DNA of 64,000 nt, taken from NCBI GenBank assembly GCA_963643165.1, contig CAVIJD010000005.1:11436-75435 (forward strand), given 5' to 3'. The position numbers and the translations under genes are program-made. Below are positions 28,367-38,343 of this stretch, piece by piece. Source of the stretch: a bacterium (GTDB lineage: Bacteria; Bacteroidota; Bacteroidia; Bacteroidales; WCHB1-69). A model generated the notes under the pieces. That model did no database searches. It was not told where the DNA came from and was given only the letters and a program-made list of their open reading frames with translations. Each line of letters begins with the position of its first letter. Within the stretch, counting starts at the first letter, position 1.

Positions 28367-28963
28367 TTATGCTTCCGTAGTTTCGCCCTCGCCTTCTTCG
28401 GTGTCGTTGGAGGCAACCACGTTGCGGGTCTGGTTCACGGAGACGATGACCTTGTTGGGATTATCTACAATGGTCAGGTTGTCAATGGCAATGTCGCCAA
28501 TCTTGATCATGTCCTCGATGTCCAGTTTGGAGATGTCTGCGGTGATGTCTTCAGGAATGTGCTCCAGAAGACCGCGCACTTTGAGCTTGCGCACTCTCTT
28601 GTGGAGGAAACCGCCCTTAAGAACGCCAGGAGACGTGCCCGTGATCTTGAAAGGTATCTCGATGGTGATGGGCTTGTTGTCGGTGACTTCGAGGAAATCG
28701 ACATGCAACAGCTTGTCGGTGATGGGGTGGAACTGCGTCTCTTGAACAATGGCACGGTAGGTGTTGCCGTCGAGACTGATCTCTGCATATTTCACTTCCG
28801 GAGTGTAGAGGAGATTCCTGAATTGGCTCTCTTCCATGACGAAAAGTTTCTGCTCTTTTCCGCCGTACAGCACACAAGGAATCATTCCGTTAAGCCGTTG
28901 TGCCTTGGCATCTTTTTTCCCTACGTTCTCGCGAAGAGAACCGCTCATAGATACTGATTTCAT
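28367..28963 (-). CDS. rplY: 50S ribosomal protein L25 / general stress protein Ctc
   Basis: MKSVSMSGSLRENVGKKDAKAQRLNGMIPCVLYGG...HPITDKLLHVDF with an acidic C-terminal tail. Start at 28963; the upstream extension of the track ORF is rejected. Confidence 0.88.
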   Translation of the reverse strand: MKSVSMSGSLRENVGKKDAKAQRLNGMIPCVLYGGKEQKLFVMEESQFRNLLYTPEVKYAEISLDGNTYRAIVQETQFHPITDKLLHVDFLEVTDNKPITIEIPFKITGTSPGVLKGGFLHKRVRKLKVRGLLEHIPEDITADISKLDIEDMIKIGDIAIDNLTIVDNPNKVIVSVNQTRNVVASNDTEEGEGETTEA

Positions 28964-29059
28964 ATTGTTCTTTTTTTTGAAAAAAATTGATTTTTTAAAC
29001 GGCGGCAAAAGTACGAAAAATATCAGACGGTTCAACTTTCGGTGCGCTTCATTTTTTAG

Positions 29060-29067
29060 TATTTTTG
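29060..29067 (+). promoter_or_regulatory. -7 box (TAttTTTG) for nnr
   Basis: tatttttg at 29060..29067. It overlaps the track ORF start (29065), which supports the downstream ATG at 29089. Confidence 0.4.
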
Positions 29068-29088
29068 CGCCCTGACACGATTTGGAAT

Positions 29089-30678
29089 ATGGAATTTCCG
29101 GAAAATATAGAATTTCCACTGGTCTTGACGGTCGCGGAGACGCGCGACAGCGAACGGTTTACGATGAAAGAGCGGCACATCTCCTCGCTCCAGTTGATGG
29201 AGTGCGCCGGGATGGCATGCGCCCGCAAGATTGTCGGTTATGTGGAGCGGCACGGCATCCGCAACGTCCTCGTTTTCTGCGGTCCGGGCAACAACGGCGG
29301 CGACGGACTTGTGATTGCCCGCGCGCTGTCGCAGCATCCGTGGCAGAACTTACGCCCCGCTGTGCAGGTAGCGCTCTGCCGCGAAAACGACTCCCAAGGC
29401 ACGCCCGAACTGCTGGCAAACCTGAACTTGTGGAATGACATCGTCTGCAGTGACGACAGTTGTTCCACCGTGTTCTTTGACGGCAACTCAAGTCTTGACA
29501 TTCTCGCGGACACCCTTGTGGTGGACGCCATTTTCGGCATCGGGCTTTCCAGACCTGTGACCGGCCTCTATGCCGCCGCCATCCAAGCCATCAACGCTTC
29601 CGGTGCCGTGACGGTGGCGGTTGACACCCCCTCGGGACTCTTCTCCGACAAGGCGACCCCCCACAACGCGGCGGTGGTCAAGGCCCGATATACTTTGAGC
29701 GTACAATTTCCAAAAGCGGCTTTCTTCCTGCGCGACACCTATCCCTATTGCGGCAATGTCACGGTGGTGGATGTGGGCATGATGCCCTCGCCAGACTCGC
29801 CGCCGCGTCGTTTTTACCTCACCCGTGAGATGGCGGCCGCATTGCTGCGAAAGCGGCATCCTTTCGCCTCCAAGCACGACTTCGGCCACGGCTTGCTGGT
29901 GGCCGGCAGCGCCGATATGCCCGGTGCTGCTGTTCTTGCCGCAACTGCCGCGCTCAAAGGCGGCATCGGCAAGGTTACTTTGCATACCCCGCAACTTGCC
30001 GCGTGCCACCTGCCCGCACGCTTGCCCGAGGCTATCCTCCATCCCGACGCCGACGAACGGCACTTGAGCCGGATTGACTGGGACTCACTGCAACATGACA
30101 TCAATGCCGTTGCCATAGGACCGGGACTGGGTACGCATCCCCAAACCGTTGCCGCCGTGAAAGAATTGCTCGACAGGGTGCGCACCCCTCTCGTCATAGA
30201 TGCCGACGCCTTGAATGTGCTCGCCGCCAACAAGACTTGGCTCGCTTTTCTCCCCGCTTACAGCATATTGACGCCGCACGTCAAGGAGTTTGAACGGCTG
30301 GCGGGATCTTGTCAGGATGACTTCGAACGGCTGGAGAAAGCAAGGGAATTTGCCCTCCGCTTCAGCATAGTGTTGGTACTCAAAGGTCGATATACTGTGG
30401 TGTCGCTCCCCGACGGACGACAGTTTTTCAACACTACGGGCAACGAAGGCATGGCTACGGCAGGCTCCGGCGATGTGCTTGCCGGTCTGCTGCTGTCGCT
30501 GAGGGCACAAGGCTATACGCCCGAAGCCGCCGCCCTGCTGGCCGTATATCTGCACGGCTTGGCCGGCGACCTTTGCAGAGACGAGAACTCCTCGCACAGC
30601 GTCACGGCATCTGACCTCCCCCGTTATTTCGGAAAGGCTTTCCAGCTTATCGATGAAACGGAAGATGATTACTTGTAA
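29089..30678 (+). CDS. nnr: bifunctional NAD(P)H-hydrate epimerase / ADP-dependent dehydratase (YjeF family)
   Basis: N-terminal domain VFCGPGNNGGDGLV. C-terminal kinase-fold domain with GPGLG and ATAGSGDVLAGLL. Confidence 0.88.
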   Translation: MEFPENIEFPLVLTVAETRDSERFTMKERHISSLQLMECAGMACARKIVGYVERHGIRNVLVFCGPGNNGGDGLVIARALSQHPWQNLRPAVQVALCRENDSQGTPELLANLNLWNDIVCSDDSCSTVFFDGNSSLDILADTLVVDAIFGIGLSRPVTGLYAAAIQAINASGAVTVAVDTPSGLFSDKATPHNAAVVKARYTLSVQFPKAAFFLRDTYPYCGNVTVVDVGMMPSPDSPPRRFYLTREMAAALLRKRHPFASKHDFGHGLLVAGSADMPGAAVLAATAALKGGIGKVTLHTPQLAACHLPARLPEAILHPDADERHLSRIDWDSLQHDINAVAIGPGLGTHPQTVAAVKELLDRVRTPLVIDADALNVLAANKTWLAFLPAYSILTPHVKEFERLAGSCQDDFERLEKAREFALRFSIVLVLKGRYTVVSLPDGRQFFNTTGNEGMATAGSGDVLAGLLLSLRAQGYTPEAAALLAVYLHGLAGDLCRDENSSHSVTASDLPRYFGKAFQLIDETEDDYL

Positions 30679-30697
30679 TTAAAACAAATGGACATTT

Positions 30698-32098
30698 ATG
30701 ATGAAAAGAATCCTATTTCAGACCATATTGCTTTTGCTTGCCCTGCCGCTGGCTAACGGGCAGACGGAAATAAAGCTGCAATTGAAGAACCTCCGGTGCG
30801 ACACGGTCAGCATACAAGCCTATAACGGAGAAAAGAAGGGGCGCCTCGTGCAGGCCAAGCCTTTTGCTGTGGAACTGACGTTCAAAAGCAAGGCGCGCCT
30901 CGAGCCGGGACTTTATTGGGTGATGGGTGACAGCACCGTGCTCTGCGAGTTTCTGCTGTCGCCGCGCGAGAGCCAGAAGTTCACAATACAAATTGATACG
31001 GGCAGCGTGGTCTTCCAAAACAGTGCCGAAAACACCCGCAACTTGGAATATGTGAAGCGGATAGGGGAGTATAACCGGCAGTTTCTCGCATTTGACCAGG
31101 AATTCAAGGATGCGCAACGCTCCATGCCGCAGTATATGCTGAAAGTGTTCGCCGACTCGCTCTCGGCCAAGGCGCGGCGACTGAACGCAGAAAAGACCGC
31201 ATGGCAACAGCAAACTGTCCGCGACAACCCCAACACCCTGTTGGGCTCTGTCGTGCAGGCCTCCATCGACATCCCCGAGCCGCCCGAAGAATATTACCGT
31301 AACCGTGACCTTTACCTGCAATATTATGTGCAGCATTTCTTTGACGGCTTCCCGTGGAACGACCCCGACGTGTTCAACACCCCCGTCAGCGACAACAAAA
31401 TCGGGGACTTCTGCAATATCATCTACCAACTCGACCGCCCTGACCTTGACACCTTTGTCGTTGCCACGCTCGACAAGGCCAAGTCAAACGAGCAGTCGCT
31501 GTACCGCCTCTTCGACCGGCTGGAGAAGATCCTCGGCAGCATCACCTCGCCCTACAAAGTGGAGCATACCTACATCAAGATGCTGCAGAACATGCTGGCC
31601 TATCCCAACTTGGACGAGAACCGGCAACGCCGCTACGAGCGGGAACTGAAAAACATCAACAAGAACCTGGCGGGCGACACCGTGCCCGACTTCCGGATGG
31701 TGACCGCAACGGGCGACACTCTCTCGCTGTATGACATCCAAAGCGAGTATATGATTCTCTATCTGCAACATCCCACCTGCCCCACGTGCCGCGAGGTGCG
31801 TGGCAGAATGGCCCAGTTCTCGGCACTCAATTCGGCCATAGACAAGGGAAACCTGAAAGTGCTGACAGTCTATTTTGAGGACGACCCGGAAGTGTGGGCG
31901 CAGTATGTCCGCTCCCCGGAAGCCAACGCCCGCTATATGCACGGCTGGAACTTTGACCAGACAATCGATGAGCAGATGCTATACGATACCAGAACAATAC
32001 CGTATATGTTTCTGTTGGACAAGAACAAACGGGTGGTGAAGAAAGATTTGCTGGTTAACGAGATAGAAGATTTCATAAGAAGGCTCGGGCTCGACTGA
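30698..32098 (+). CDS. secreted thioredoxin-like protein (DUF5106/TlpA-like, CPTC active site)
   Basis: Signal peptide MMKRILFQTILLLLALPLANG and a C-terminal thioredoxin fold YLQHPTCPTCREV. Confidence 0.7.
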   Translation: MMKRILFQTILLLLALPLANGQTEIKLQLKNLRCDTVSIQAYNGEKKGRLVQAKPFAVELTFKSKARLEPGLYWVMGDSTVLCEFLLSPRESQKFTIQIDTGSVVFQNSAENTRNLEYVKRIGEYNRQFLAFDQEFKDAQRSMPQYMLKVFADSLSAKARRLNAEKTAWQQQTVRDNPNTLLGSVVQASIDIPEPPEEYYRNRDLYLQYYVQHFFDGFPWNDPDVFNTPVSDNKIGDFCNIIYQLDRPDLDTFVVATLDKAKSNEQSLYRLFDRLEKILGSITSPYKVEHTYIKMLQNMLAYPNLDENRQRRYERELKNINKNLAGDTVPDFRMVTATGDTLSLYDIQSEYMILYLQHPTCPTCREVRGRMAQFSALNSAIDKGNLKVLTVYFEDDPEVWAQYVRSPEANARYMHGWNFDQTIDEQMLYDTRTIPYMFLLDKNKRVVKKDLLVNEIEDFIRRLGLD

Positions 32099-32167
32099 AA
32101 ATCGCTTTGTTGAATCATCTTTCAGACAATCAATACAATATTCAATTCATAAAATCATCAAGTTACA

Positions 32168-33574
32168 ATGAAAAAACTATTTCTGATTACGTTGGGCGTG
32201 TGCTGTATGGGATTTGCCATGGCGCAGCCCGCAACCAAAGGAGGCGGTCTCACCGTTGAACAGGTCAACGAACTGAAAGGCTCTTACAAGGCCACTCCGG
32301 GCGACAAGGCTTTGCGCAACGCTGTGGTGGCCAACAGTATCGACAAGTTGGCGCGCAATTACGAAAACAGCACCGCGTTTGACGCCCATTTTTCCAACCG
32401 AGTGCCCTCGCAAGCCATCACCGACCAGGAGTCGTCCGGACGCTGCTGGATGTTTACCGGGATGAATGTGCTCCGTTCAAAGGCCATTGCCCGTTATGAC
32501 CTCCCCGCTGATTTCCAGTTCTCGCAGTGCTACACGTTCTTCTGGGACCAGTTGGAGAAAGCCAACCTGTTTTTGCAGGCCGTGCTCGACAACCGCGCAA
32601 AATCCATCAACGACGAAACCGTGCAATGGCTCTTCAAGAACCCGCTGAGCGACGGAGGCCAGTTTACGGGCGTGGCTAACCTGATTGACAAATACGGCAT
32701 TATGCCGAAAGACGCAATGCCCGAAACCTACAGCAGCAACAACACGGGACGTATGTCGGAACTGATAAAGCTGAAACTCCGGGAGGATGCCCTGCAACTC
32801 CGTGACATGGCCAACAATAAAAGCACAACCGAGAAGATGCTGCAAGACAAGAAAATGGAAATGCTGAAAACGGTTTACCGTATGCTGGCCTATACGCTTG
32901 GCGAACCGCCCGCACAGTTTACATGGACCCGCCGCGATGCCAAAGGCAACGTGGTGAGCACCGAAACTTATACCCCGAAATCGTTTGCCGAGGCTTTTGT
33001 GAAAGAGGATTTCTCTACCTATTATATGATAATGAACGACCCTACACGCCCTTACTACAAGGTCTATGAAATTGAATACGACAGACATGTCTATGACGGA
33101 CAGAACTGGAAGTACCTCAACCTGCCGATGAATGAAATCGCCGACATGGCCATCGCTTCCATCAAAGACAGCACGATGATGTACTTTTCGTGCGACGTGG
33201 CCAAGTTCCTCGACAGAGAAAAAGGCTATATGGACATCAACAATTACGATTACGGCTCCTTGTTCGGCACTACCTTCGGGATGGACAAGAAACAGCGCAT
33301 CGAGACCTACGCCAGCGGCTCGTCACATGCCATGACGCTCTGCGCCGTGGACCTGGACAAAGACGGCAAGCCCGTCAAGTGGATGGTCGAAAACAGCTGG
33401 GGTAGCAAATACGGGCACAACGGCTTCCTGATTATGACCGACGAGTGGTTCAACGAGTATATGTTCCGTCTGGTGGTGGAAGAGAAGTACATCCCCGCCA
33501 AGACACTCAAACTTTTCAATCAGGAGCCTGTCATGCTGCCGGCATGGGATCCTTTGTTTGCTCCGGAAGACTAA
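32168..33574 (+). CDS. pepC: aminopeptidase C (C1-family cysteine peptidase, bleomycin-hydrolase type)
   Basis: QESSGRCWMFTGMN (catalytic Cys), ...SSHAMTLCAVD..., ENSWG. Confidence 0.88.
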   Translation: MKKLFLITLGVCCMGFAMAQPATKGGGLTVEQVNELKGSYKATPGDKALRNAVVANSIDKLARNYENSTAFDAHFSNRVPSQAITDQESSGRCWMFTGMNVLRSKAIARYDLPADFQFSQCYTFFWDQLEKANLFLQAVLDNRAKSINDETVQWLFKNPLSDGGQFTGVANLIDKYGIMPKDAMPETYSSNNTGRMSELIKLKLREDALQLRDMANNKSTTEKMLQDKKMEMLKTVYRMLAYTLGEPPAQFTWTRRDAKGNVVSTETYTPKSFAEAFVKEDFSTYYMIMNDPTRPYYKVYEIEYDRHVYDGQNWKYLNLPMNEIADMAIASIKDSTMMYFSCDVAKFLDREKGYMDINNYDYGSLFGTTFGMDKKQRIETYASGSSHAMTLCAVDLDKDGKPVKWMVENSWGSKYGHNGFLIMTDEWFNEYMFRLVVEEKYIPAKTLKLFNQEPVMLPAWDPLFAPED

Positions 33575-33592
33575 GTTATCATTGGTTTGGCA

Positions 33593-33624
33593 ATTCAGGT
33601 TCCGGACATGACCGGAACCTGAAT
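33593..33624. terminator. perfect 13-bp hairpin downstream of pepC
   Basis: attcaggttccgg-acatga-ccggaacctgaat. There is no U-tract, so terminator function is uncertain. Confidence 0.35.
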
Positions 33625-33648
33625 CTGTCAAAATATAAACAGCCAACA

Positions 33649-34068
33649 ATGAAAAAGACACTCTCAACAATACTGTTTCTGTTTTGTGCCGTGACACTTT
33701 TTGCACAGAAAGCTGATGAGATTTGCGGAATATACCATTCCGTGGACCCGTTTTCAAAAGAGGGGTCGCAATGCCAGATTTACCGCGCCGCCGACGGCAC
33801 TTACGAGGCTAAAGTGGTTTGGGTGGAGAACCCGAAAAAGAAAAACCAACTTGGACTGGTCTTTATGACAAAATTGACCTATAATGCCAAAGAGTCAGAG
33901 TACCAGAAAGGTAAACTGAAATATCCGGGCAAGCCGGGCACCTACAGCACCTATATCAAGATGTCTTCCGACAAGAACACCTTGCACATGCGGGGCTATT
34001 TAGGCATGTCGTTTCTTGGCAAAACAGTTGACTGGCACCGCGAGAGCAAGGTGCGGGTGCAGAAATAG
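33649..34068 (+). CDS. DUF2147-like secreted protein
   Basis: Signal peptide MKKTLSTILFLFCAVTLFAQ, then ICGIYHSVDP...YEAKVVWVENP...GKLKYPGKPGTYSTYI. Start at 33649; the track ORF start at 33445 overlaps pepC. Confidence 0.55.
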   Translation: MKKTLSTILFLFCAVTLFAQKADEICGIYHSVDPFSKEGSQCQIYRAADGTYEAKVVWVENPKKKNQLGLVFMTKLTYNAKESEYQKGKLKYPGKPGTYSTYIKMSSDKNTLHMRGYLGMSFLGKTVDWHRESKVRVQK

Positions 34069-34079
34069 CGGATGTTCCC

Positions 34080-34670
34080 CTATTTCGTACACTCGTCAAG
34101 CATCTCCCACAGCAGTCGTGTGGGCAGCCCCATCACATTATAGAACGAACCGCTGATGGCGCGGATGCCGATGCAGCCTATCCATTCCTGCACGCCGTAG
34201 GCTCCGGCCTTGTCGAGGGGCTTGTAGCGGTTGACGTAGTACTCAAGCTCTTCTTCCGAAAGTGCGGCGAAAGTGACCTCGGTGGAACGGTAGTCGGTCA
34301 GCGTTTTCCGGCTTGTGGCAACGGTGAGTCCGCTATACACGGTGTGGGTGCGTCCTGAAAGTGTTTGCAACATGGCCAGCGCATCCGCTTCGTTTTTCGG
34401 CTTCCCGATGATTCTCCCGTCGGCCACTACAATCGTGTCGCAGGCTATGAATATCGCATCCTCGTTTTGCGCATCGATGTCAATGCCCGAAAGTTTGAGC
34501 CTCGACAGGAACTGAACCACCTGCTCGGGCGGCAAGGAGGGGTCGTAAGTCTCCTCTACATCCACTTTCAGGATTTCAAAATCAATGTCCATGTCCTGCA
34601 TAAGCGCCCGTCTTCTGGGCGACTGAGAAACCAGGTATATCTTATAGTCGTGAAGTTTTTCTAAAAGCAT
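34080..34670 (-). CDS. maf: Maf-family nucleoside-triphosphate pyrophosphatase
   Basis: IYLVSQSPRRRALM, ...DKAGAYGVQEWIG. Confidence 0.88.
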   Translation of the reverse strand: MLLEKLHDYKIYLVSQSPRRRALMQDMDIDFEILKVDVEETYDPSLPPEQVVQFLSRLKLSGIDIDAQNEDAIFIACDTIVVADGRIIGKPKNEADALAMLQTLSGRTHTVYSGLTVATSRKTLTDYRSTEVTFAALSEEELEYYVNRYKPLDKAGAYGVQEWIGCIGIRAISGSFYNVMGLPTRLLWEMLDECTK

Positions 34671-34740
34671 TTTTTTCGTTTTTTTGTATCCCGTTTTTCC
34701 GTTCTGAGCCTGTTCGCTGAAAGAATGAAGGCGGGCAATG

Positions 34741-36105
34741 TCACATCACGGTTTTTTCCATCGTTTCGGTAATCTCCTGTTTGAGTTCGCAAAGTCGTCG
34801 GTACTCGGCCGATTTCTTGTGCCGCTGTGCCTTGAAATAGTCGTTCAGTTTCTTGAGGGCTATTTTGTAGTAGTGGGAGAAGAATTCGGTGCCGAACATG
34901 GCAAGCAGATACGCCAACGCAATCAGGAAGTGCTTGCTGACAGCCCAAACTGCCCCAAACATGATGAGGTAGAAGATGGGAAACGCGATGATGGTGCCGA
35001 TGACGTATTGGAACGAGGAGTGCAACATCGGGTCTTTGACGCGGTTGGTGAGTCGGCGGGTGATGTATTCGGGGATGAAGTTGTTGACGAAGCCGAACAA
35101 GAAGAGCGGCAGCGAGACAATCATGAGAAAGATGCGCCACAACAGCCTGAAGAAGGAGAGTTTGCGGTTTATAACCCAGTTTTGCAGTCCCATTTTCTTG
35201 AGGAGCGTCAGATACTCGCGGGTCTGCGTCATCAGCTGTGTGAAGGCGTTGTTGTCGTCGGCCTGCAGTTGCTTGAGCCGTGCGATGATGGTCATGGCGG
35301 CGTCTTTCTGGTGCGGCAGGTAGTTGGGACGCAGTCCTTTGCTGCGGAGCAACGGGCCGCTCATCATCTGCGTGAGTGACTCAATCTCGTTGTAGTACTC
35401 CGGAATGTCAATGTCGGGGGTGAGTTCTTTGACGCAGGCCCGCGCCTTTTCGTTGAGGGCGTGGTAGCCCCGGTCGTGGTTCTCTTTGTAGGTGTCGAAG
35501 AACTCTTCGATGGTGAAAGGCTTGCCTGCGGTGACCATCAGGTCGCTGTGAAATGAGAAGTAGTTGGAATAGTGTATGTTGAGCGGCAGAACCTGAAGTC
35601 CCAACTTGAAGTCGTTGAGTTCTTCGGCGGCAAAGGCGATACGGCAGAAGCCTTTCTTGAAAGTGTTCATGTAGTGGCCGTGCTGGTGCGTGGCCTCGGG
35701 GAAGATGACTAAGGTGCCTCCGTTGCGCAGCACGCGGGCGGCGCGGTTGTAGATGGCCAAGTTGCTGCGCACGTCGCTGTAACTGCCGTCACGGGTCCTG
35801 AATGTCGGCAGGATTTTGAGGAAGCGCAGGATCCGTGCCACTTTGTCTTTCTTGAAGATGTCGCCGCGCGCGATGAAGACGGGCTGCCGGCGGTCTTTGA
35901 ACATGGTGTGCAGGATGGCCATGGCGTCCATCAGGCCGTTCTGGTGGTTGGCGATGACGATGGTGGGCTGGCCTTTGGGCGGTATGTTCTCTTTGTTGAG
36001 GATGTAAAAATGACGGTAATAGATGTGGTTGTGCAAGATGCACAGGAAGTTCATGTAGAAGTCGTATTGCTTGTCGAACTTGTCGATGTTTTCGAACGAA
36101 ATCAT
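34741..36105 (-). CDS. PlsC-like lysophospholipid acyltransferase with C-terminal membrane domain
   Basis: IVIANHQNGLMDA (HX4-5D-like acyltransferase motif), VIFPEATH, and C-terminal TM helices. Confidence 0.7.
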   Translation of the reverse strand: MISFENIDKFDKQYDFYMNFLCILHNHIYYRHFYILNKENIPPKGQPTIVIANHQNGLMDAMAILHTMFKDRRQPVFIARGDIFKKDKVARILRFLKILPTFRTRDGSYSDVRSNLAIYNRAARVLRNGGTLVIFPEATHQHGHYMNTFKKGFCRIAFAAEELNDFKLGLQVLPLNIHYSNYFSFHSDLMVTAGKPFTIEEFFDTYKENHDRGYHALNEKARACVKELTPDIDIPEYYNEIESLTQMMSGPLLRSKGLRPNYLPHQKDAAMTIIARLKQLQADDNNAFTQLMTQTREYLTLLKKMGLQNWVINRKLSFFRLLWRIFLMIVSLPLFLFGFVNNFIPEYITRRLTNRVKDPMLHSSFQYVIGTIIAFPIFYLIMFGAVWAVSKHFLIALAYLLAMFGTEFFSHYYKIALKKLNDYFKAQRHKKSAEYRRLCELKQEITETMEKTVM

Positions 36106-36117
36106 GATGCGGTGCCG

Positions 36118-38283
36118 TTATTCGATGATGTCCATTTCCTCAATCAGGTTGTGCGCGCCCGCGAATTTGTCCACGATGAACAAGAAGTAGCGCGTGTCGA
36201 GGCTGATGTTGCGGCAGCGGCTGGCGTCATAGTAGATGTCGCTCATGGTGCCTTCCCAGACGCGGTCGAAGTTGACGCCGACGAGCTGGCCGTTGGCGTT
36301 GATGACCGGACTGCCGGAGTTGCCGCCCGTGGTGTGGTTGCCCGCAATGAAGGCCACGGGCAGTTTGCCCTCTTTGTTGGCATAGCGGCCATAGTCCTTG
36401 CTCTGCCACAACTGTTTCAGTCTCGGGTCAACGTGGTAGTCGTAAACGTCGGGGTTCTCTTTTTCCATGATGCCGTCAAGGGTGGTGTAGTACTCGTACT
36501 CGATGCCGTCGGCGGGCTCAAAGCCTTTCACCTGGCCGTAGGTGACGCGCATGGTGAGGTTGGCGTCCGGATAGAACACCTTGGCGGTGTCTTTCTCCAT
36601 CAGGGCTTTCACATACTTGCGGTAAAGGGTGTTGAGTTTGTCGGTGTTGCCGCTCAGTTCCATATAGTTCTGGACATAACTGTCATATACGGCCTTGTAG
36701 ATGCGCAGCAGTTCGGAGTTGGCGGTTTTGGCTATCTGTTTGGGTGAGGCCTCTTTCACGAAGCGCACAAATTTGTAACTGTCGGTGAAGTAGGGGGCGG
36801 TGGTGGCTTGGGCATCCCACAACTGGGTCATGCGTTGGCGTACCGTGTTTTCGTCCTGGATGTACGGGTGCAGCTCGGCGGGAATGAGCTCGGGTTTCTC
36901 TTTGGTGAAATAATAGGTGAAGAGTTCAATGAAACACTCGCGGTCAATGGGGGTGCTGTAGGCTTTGTGGAACGACTCGTGCTTTGACAGCATCTTGGTG
37001 CGCGCGCTCTCAAGTGCGATTTCGCTGCCTTTGGCGAGCGGCTCGGCGAGGATGTTGTAATAGTGGCGCACCAGGTTCAGCATGATTTCAGGGCCGAAAA
37101 AGCACTCTGACACGAATGTCACGGCGTCGGTTTGGTCGGCAATGTCTTTGTACAGTCCTTTCATGTCGGCGATGAGGGTGCCGTATTGTTGTTGGCGGGT
37201 GGCGTTTTGTGTTGCCCACTGTTGAAATTCAGTCTCGGCCTGCTGTTTCTTCTCGATGACGCGGCATTCGCGGATGCCTTTGGTCTCGCCTTGCCATTTT
37301 TTCCAGCCGTTGGAGATGCTGTTGGCCTTGGCGGAATACATGAGGCGGGTGGTGGGGTCGAGGTTCATCTGCCGTTTCATGGCGTCGAGGCGTATGGTGC
37401 GCGCGTCAATGGCGATGGGGTTCTGGATGTTGGCGGTGATGTTGACGCCGTCGGAGAGCAGAAACTGGCGGGTGCTGCCCGGATAGCCGAACACTAAGGT
37501 GAAGTCGTTCTCTTCGATGCCTTTGATGGAGACGGGGAAGTATTTTTTGGGCTTCATCGGGATGTTGTCGGCGGAGTAGTCGGCGGGCTTGCCGTCGGGG
37601 GCGGTGTAGATGCGGTACAGGGAGAAGTCGCCCGTATGGCGCGGCCACATCCAGTTGTCGCTGTCGCCGCCGAACTTGCCGATGCTCTCGGGCGGCACGC
37701 CCACGAGCCGGATGTCGCGGTAGGTCTCGGTCACGAACATGAAATATTGGTTGCCGTAGTAGAACGGCTTGATGGAGGCGCTGTAGCCGTTGCCGTCAGT
37801 GGCTTTCTTGGTCTCGGCGGCTATGTTCTGCTTGATGGTCTGCTGCCGTTTGCTGTCGTCCATGTCATCGGTCACGTTGCGGAGCACCGCCTCGGTGACG
37901 TCCTGCATATAGACGAGGAAGGTGACGGTGAGCCCCTCCATCGGGATCTCTTCGGACTTGCTCTTGGCCCAGAAGCCGTTTTGCAGGTAGTTGTGTTCCA
38001 TCGTGCTGTGCGACTGGACGTAAGAGTAGCCGCAATGGTGGTTGGTGAGCAGCAGTCCTTGGCTGGAGATGAGTTCGGCGGTGCAGCCGCTCCCGAAGAG
38101 CACGATGGCGTCTTTCATGCTGTGGTGGTTGACGCTGTAAACGTCTTCAGCGGTCAGCCGGAAGCCTAATTGCTGCATTTCAGCCTCGTTGTATTGGAGG
38201 AACAGCGGAAGCCACATGCCGCCGTCGGCACGGACGAACCCTAACAAGGCACAAAACAGGGAAATCAGTAGAGTTTTTTTCAT
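36118..38283 (-). CDS. S46-family dipeptidyl peptidase (DPP7/DPP11 type)
   Basis: Signal peptide then ADGGMWLP, LLLTNHHCGY, TTGGNSGSPV. Confidence 0.88.
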   Translation of the reverse strand: MKKTLLISLFCALLGFVRADGGMWLPLFLQYNEAEMQQLGFRLTAEDVYSVNHHSMKDAIVLFGSGCTAELISSQGLLLTNHHCGYSYVQSHSTMEHNYLQNGFWAKSKSEEIPMEGLTVTFLVYMQDVTEAVLRNVTDDMDDSKRQQTIKQNIAAETKKATDGNGYSASIKPFYYGNQYFMFVTETYRDIRLVGVPPESIGKFGGDSDNWMWPRHTGDFSLYRIYTAPDGKPADYSADNIPMKPKKYFPVSIKGIEENDFTLVFGYPGSTRQFLLSDGVNITANIQNPIAIDARTIRLDAMKRQMNLDPTTRLMYSAKANSISNGWKKWQGETKGIRECRVIEKKQQAETEFQQWATQNATRQQQYGTLIADMKGLYKDIADQTDAVTFVSECFFGPEIMLNLVRHYYNILAEPLAKGSEIALESARTKMLSKHESFHKAYSTPIDRECFIELFTYYFTKEKPELIPAELHPYIQDENTVRQRMTQLWDAQATTAPYFTDSYKFVRFVKEASPKQIAKTANSELLRIYKAVYDSYVQNYMELSGNTDKLNTLYRKYVKALMEKDTAKVFYPDANLTMRVTYGQVKGFEPADGIEYEYYTTLDGIMEKENPDVYDYHVDPRLKQLWQSKDYGRYANKEGKLPVAFIAGNHTTGGNSGSPVINANGQLVGVNFDRVWEGTMSDIYYDASRCRNISLDTRYFLFIVDKFAGAHNLIEEMDIIE

Positions 38284-38307
38284 GTTGATGACTATTATGG
38301 GGTTAAG

Positions 38308-38328
38308 GGGAGCGGTTGGTCCGCTCCC
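38308..38328. terminator. hairpin between the DPP-IV gene stop and the S46 peptidase gene start
   Basis: gggagcgg-ttggt-ccgctccc. The weak T-run is on the + side only; orientation and function are uncertain. Confidence 0.35.
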
Positions 38329-38343
38329 AGGAATTTGCTTTTT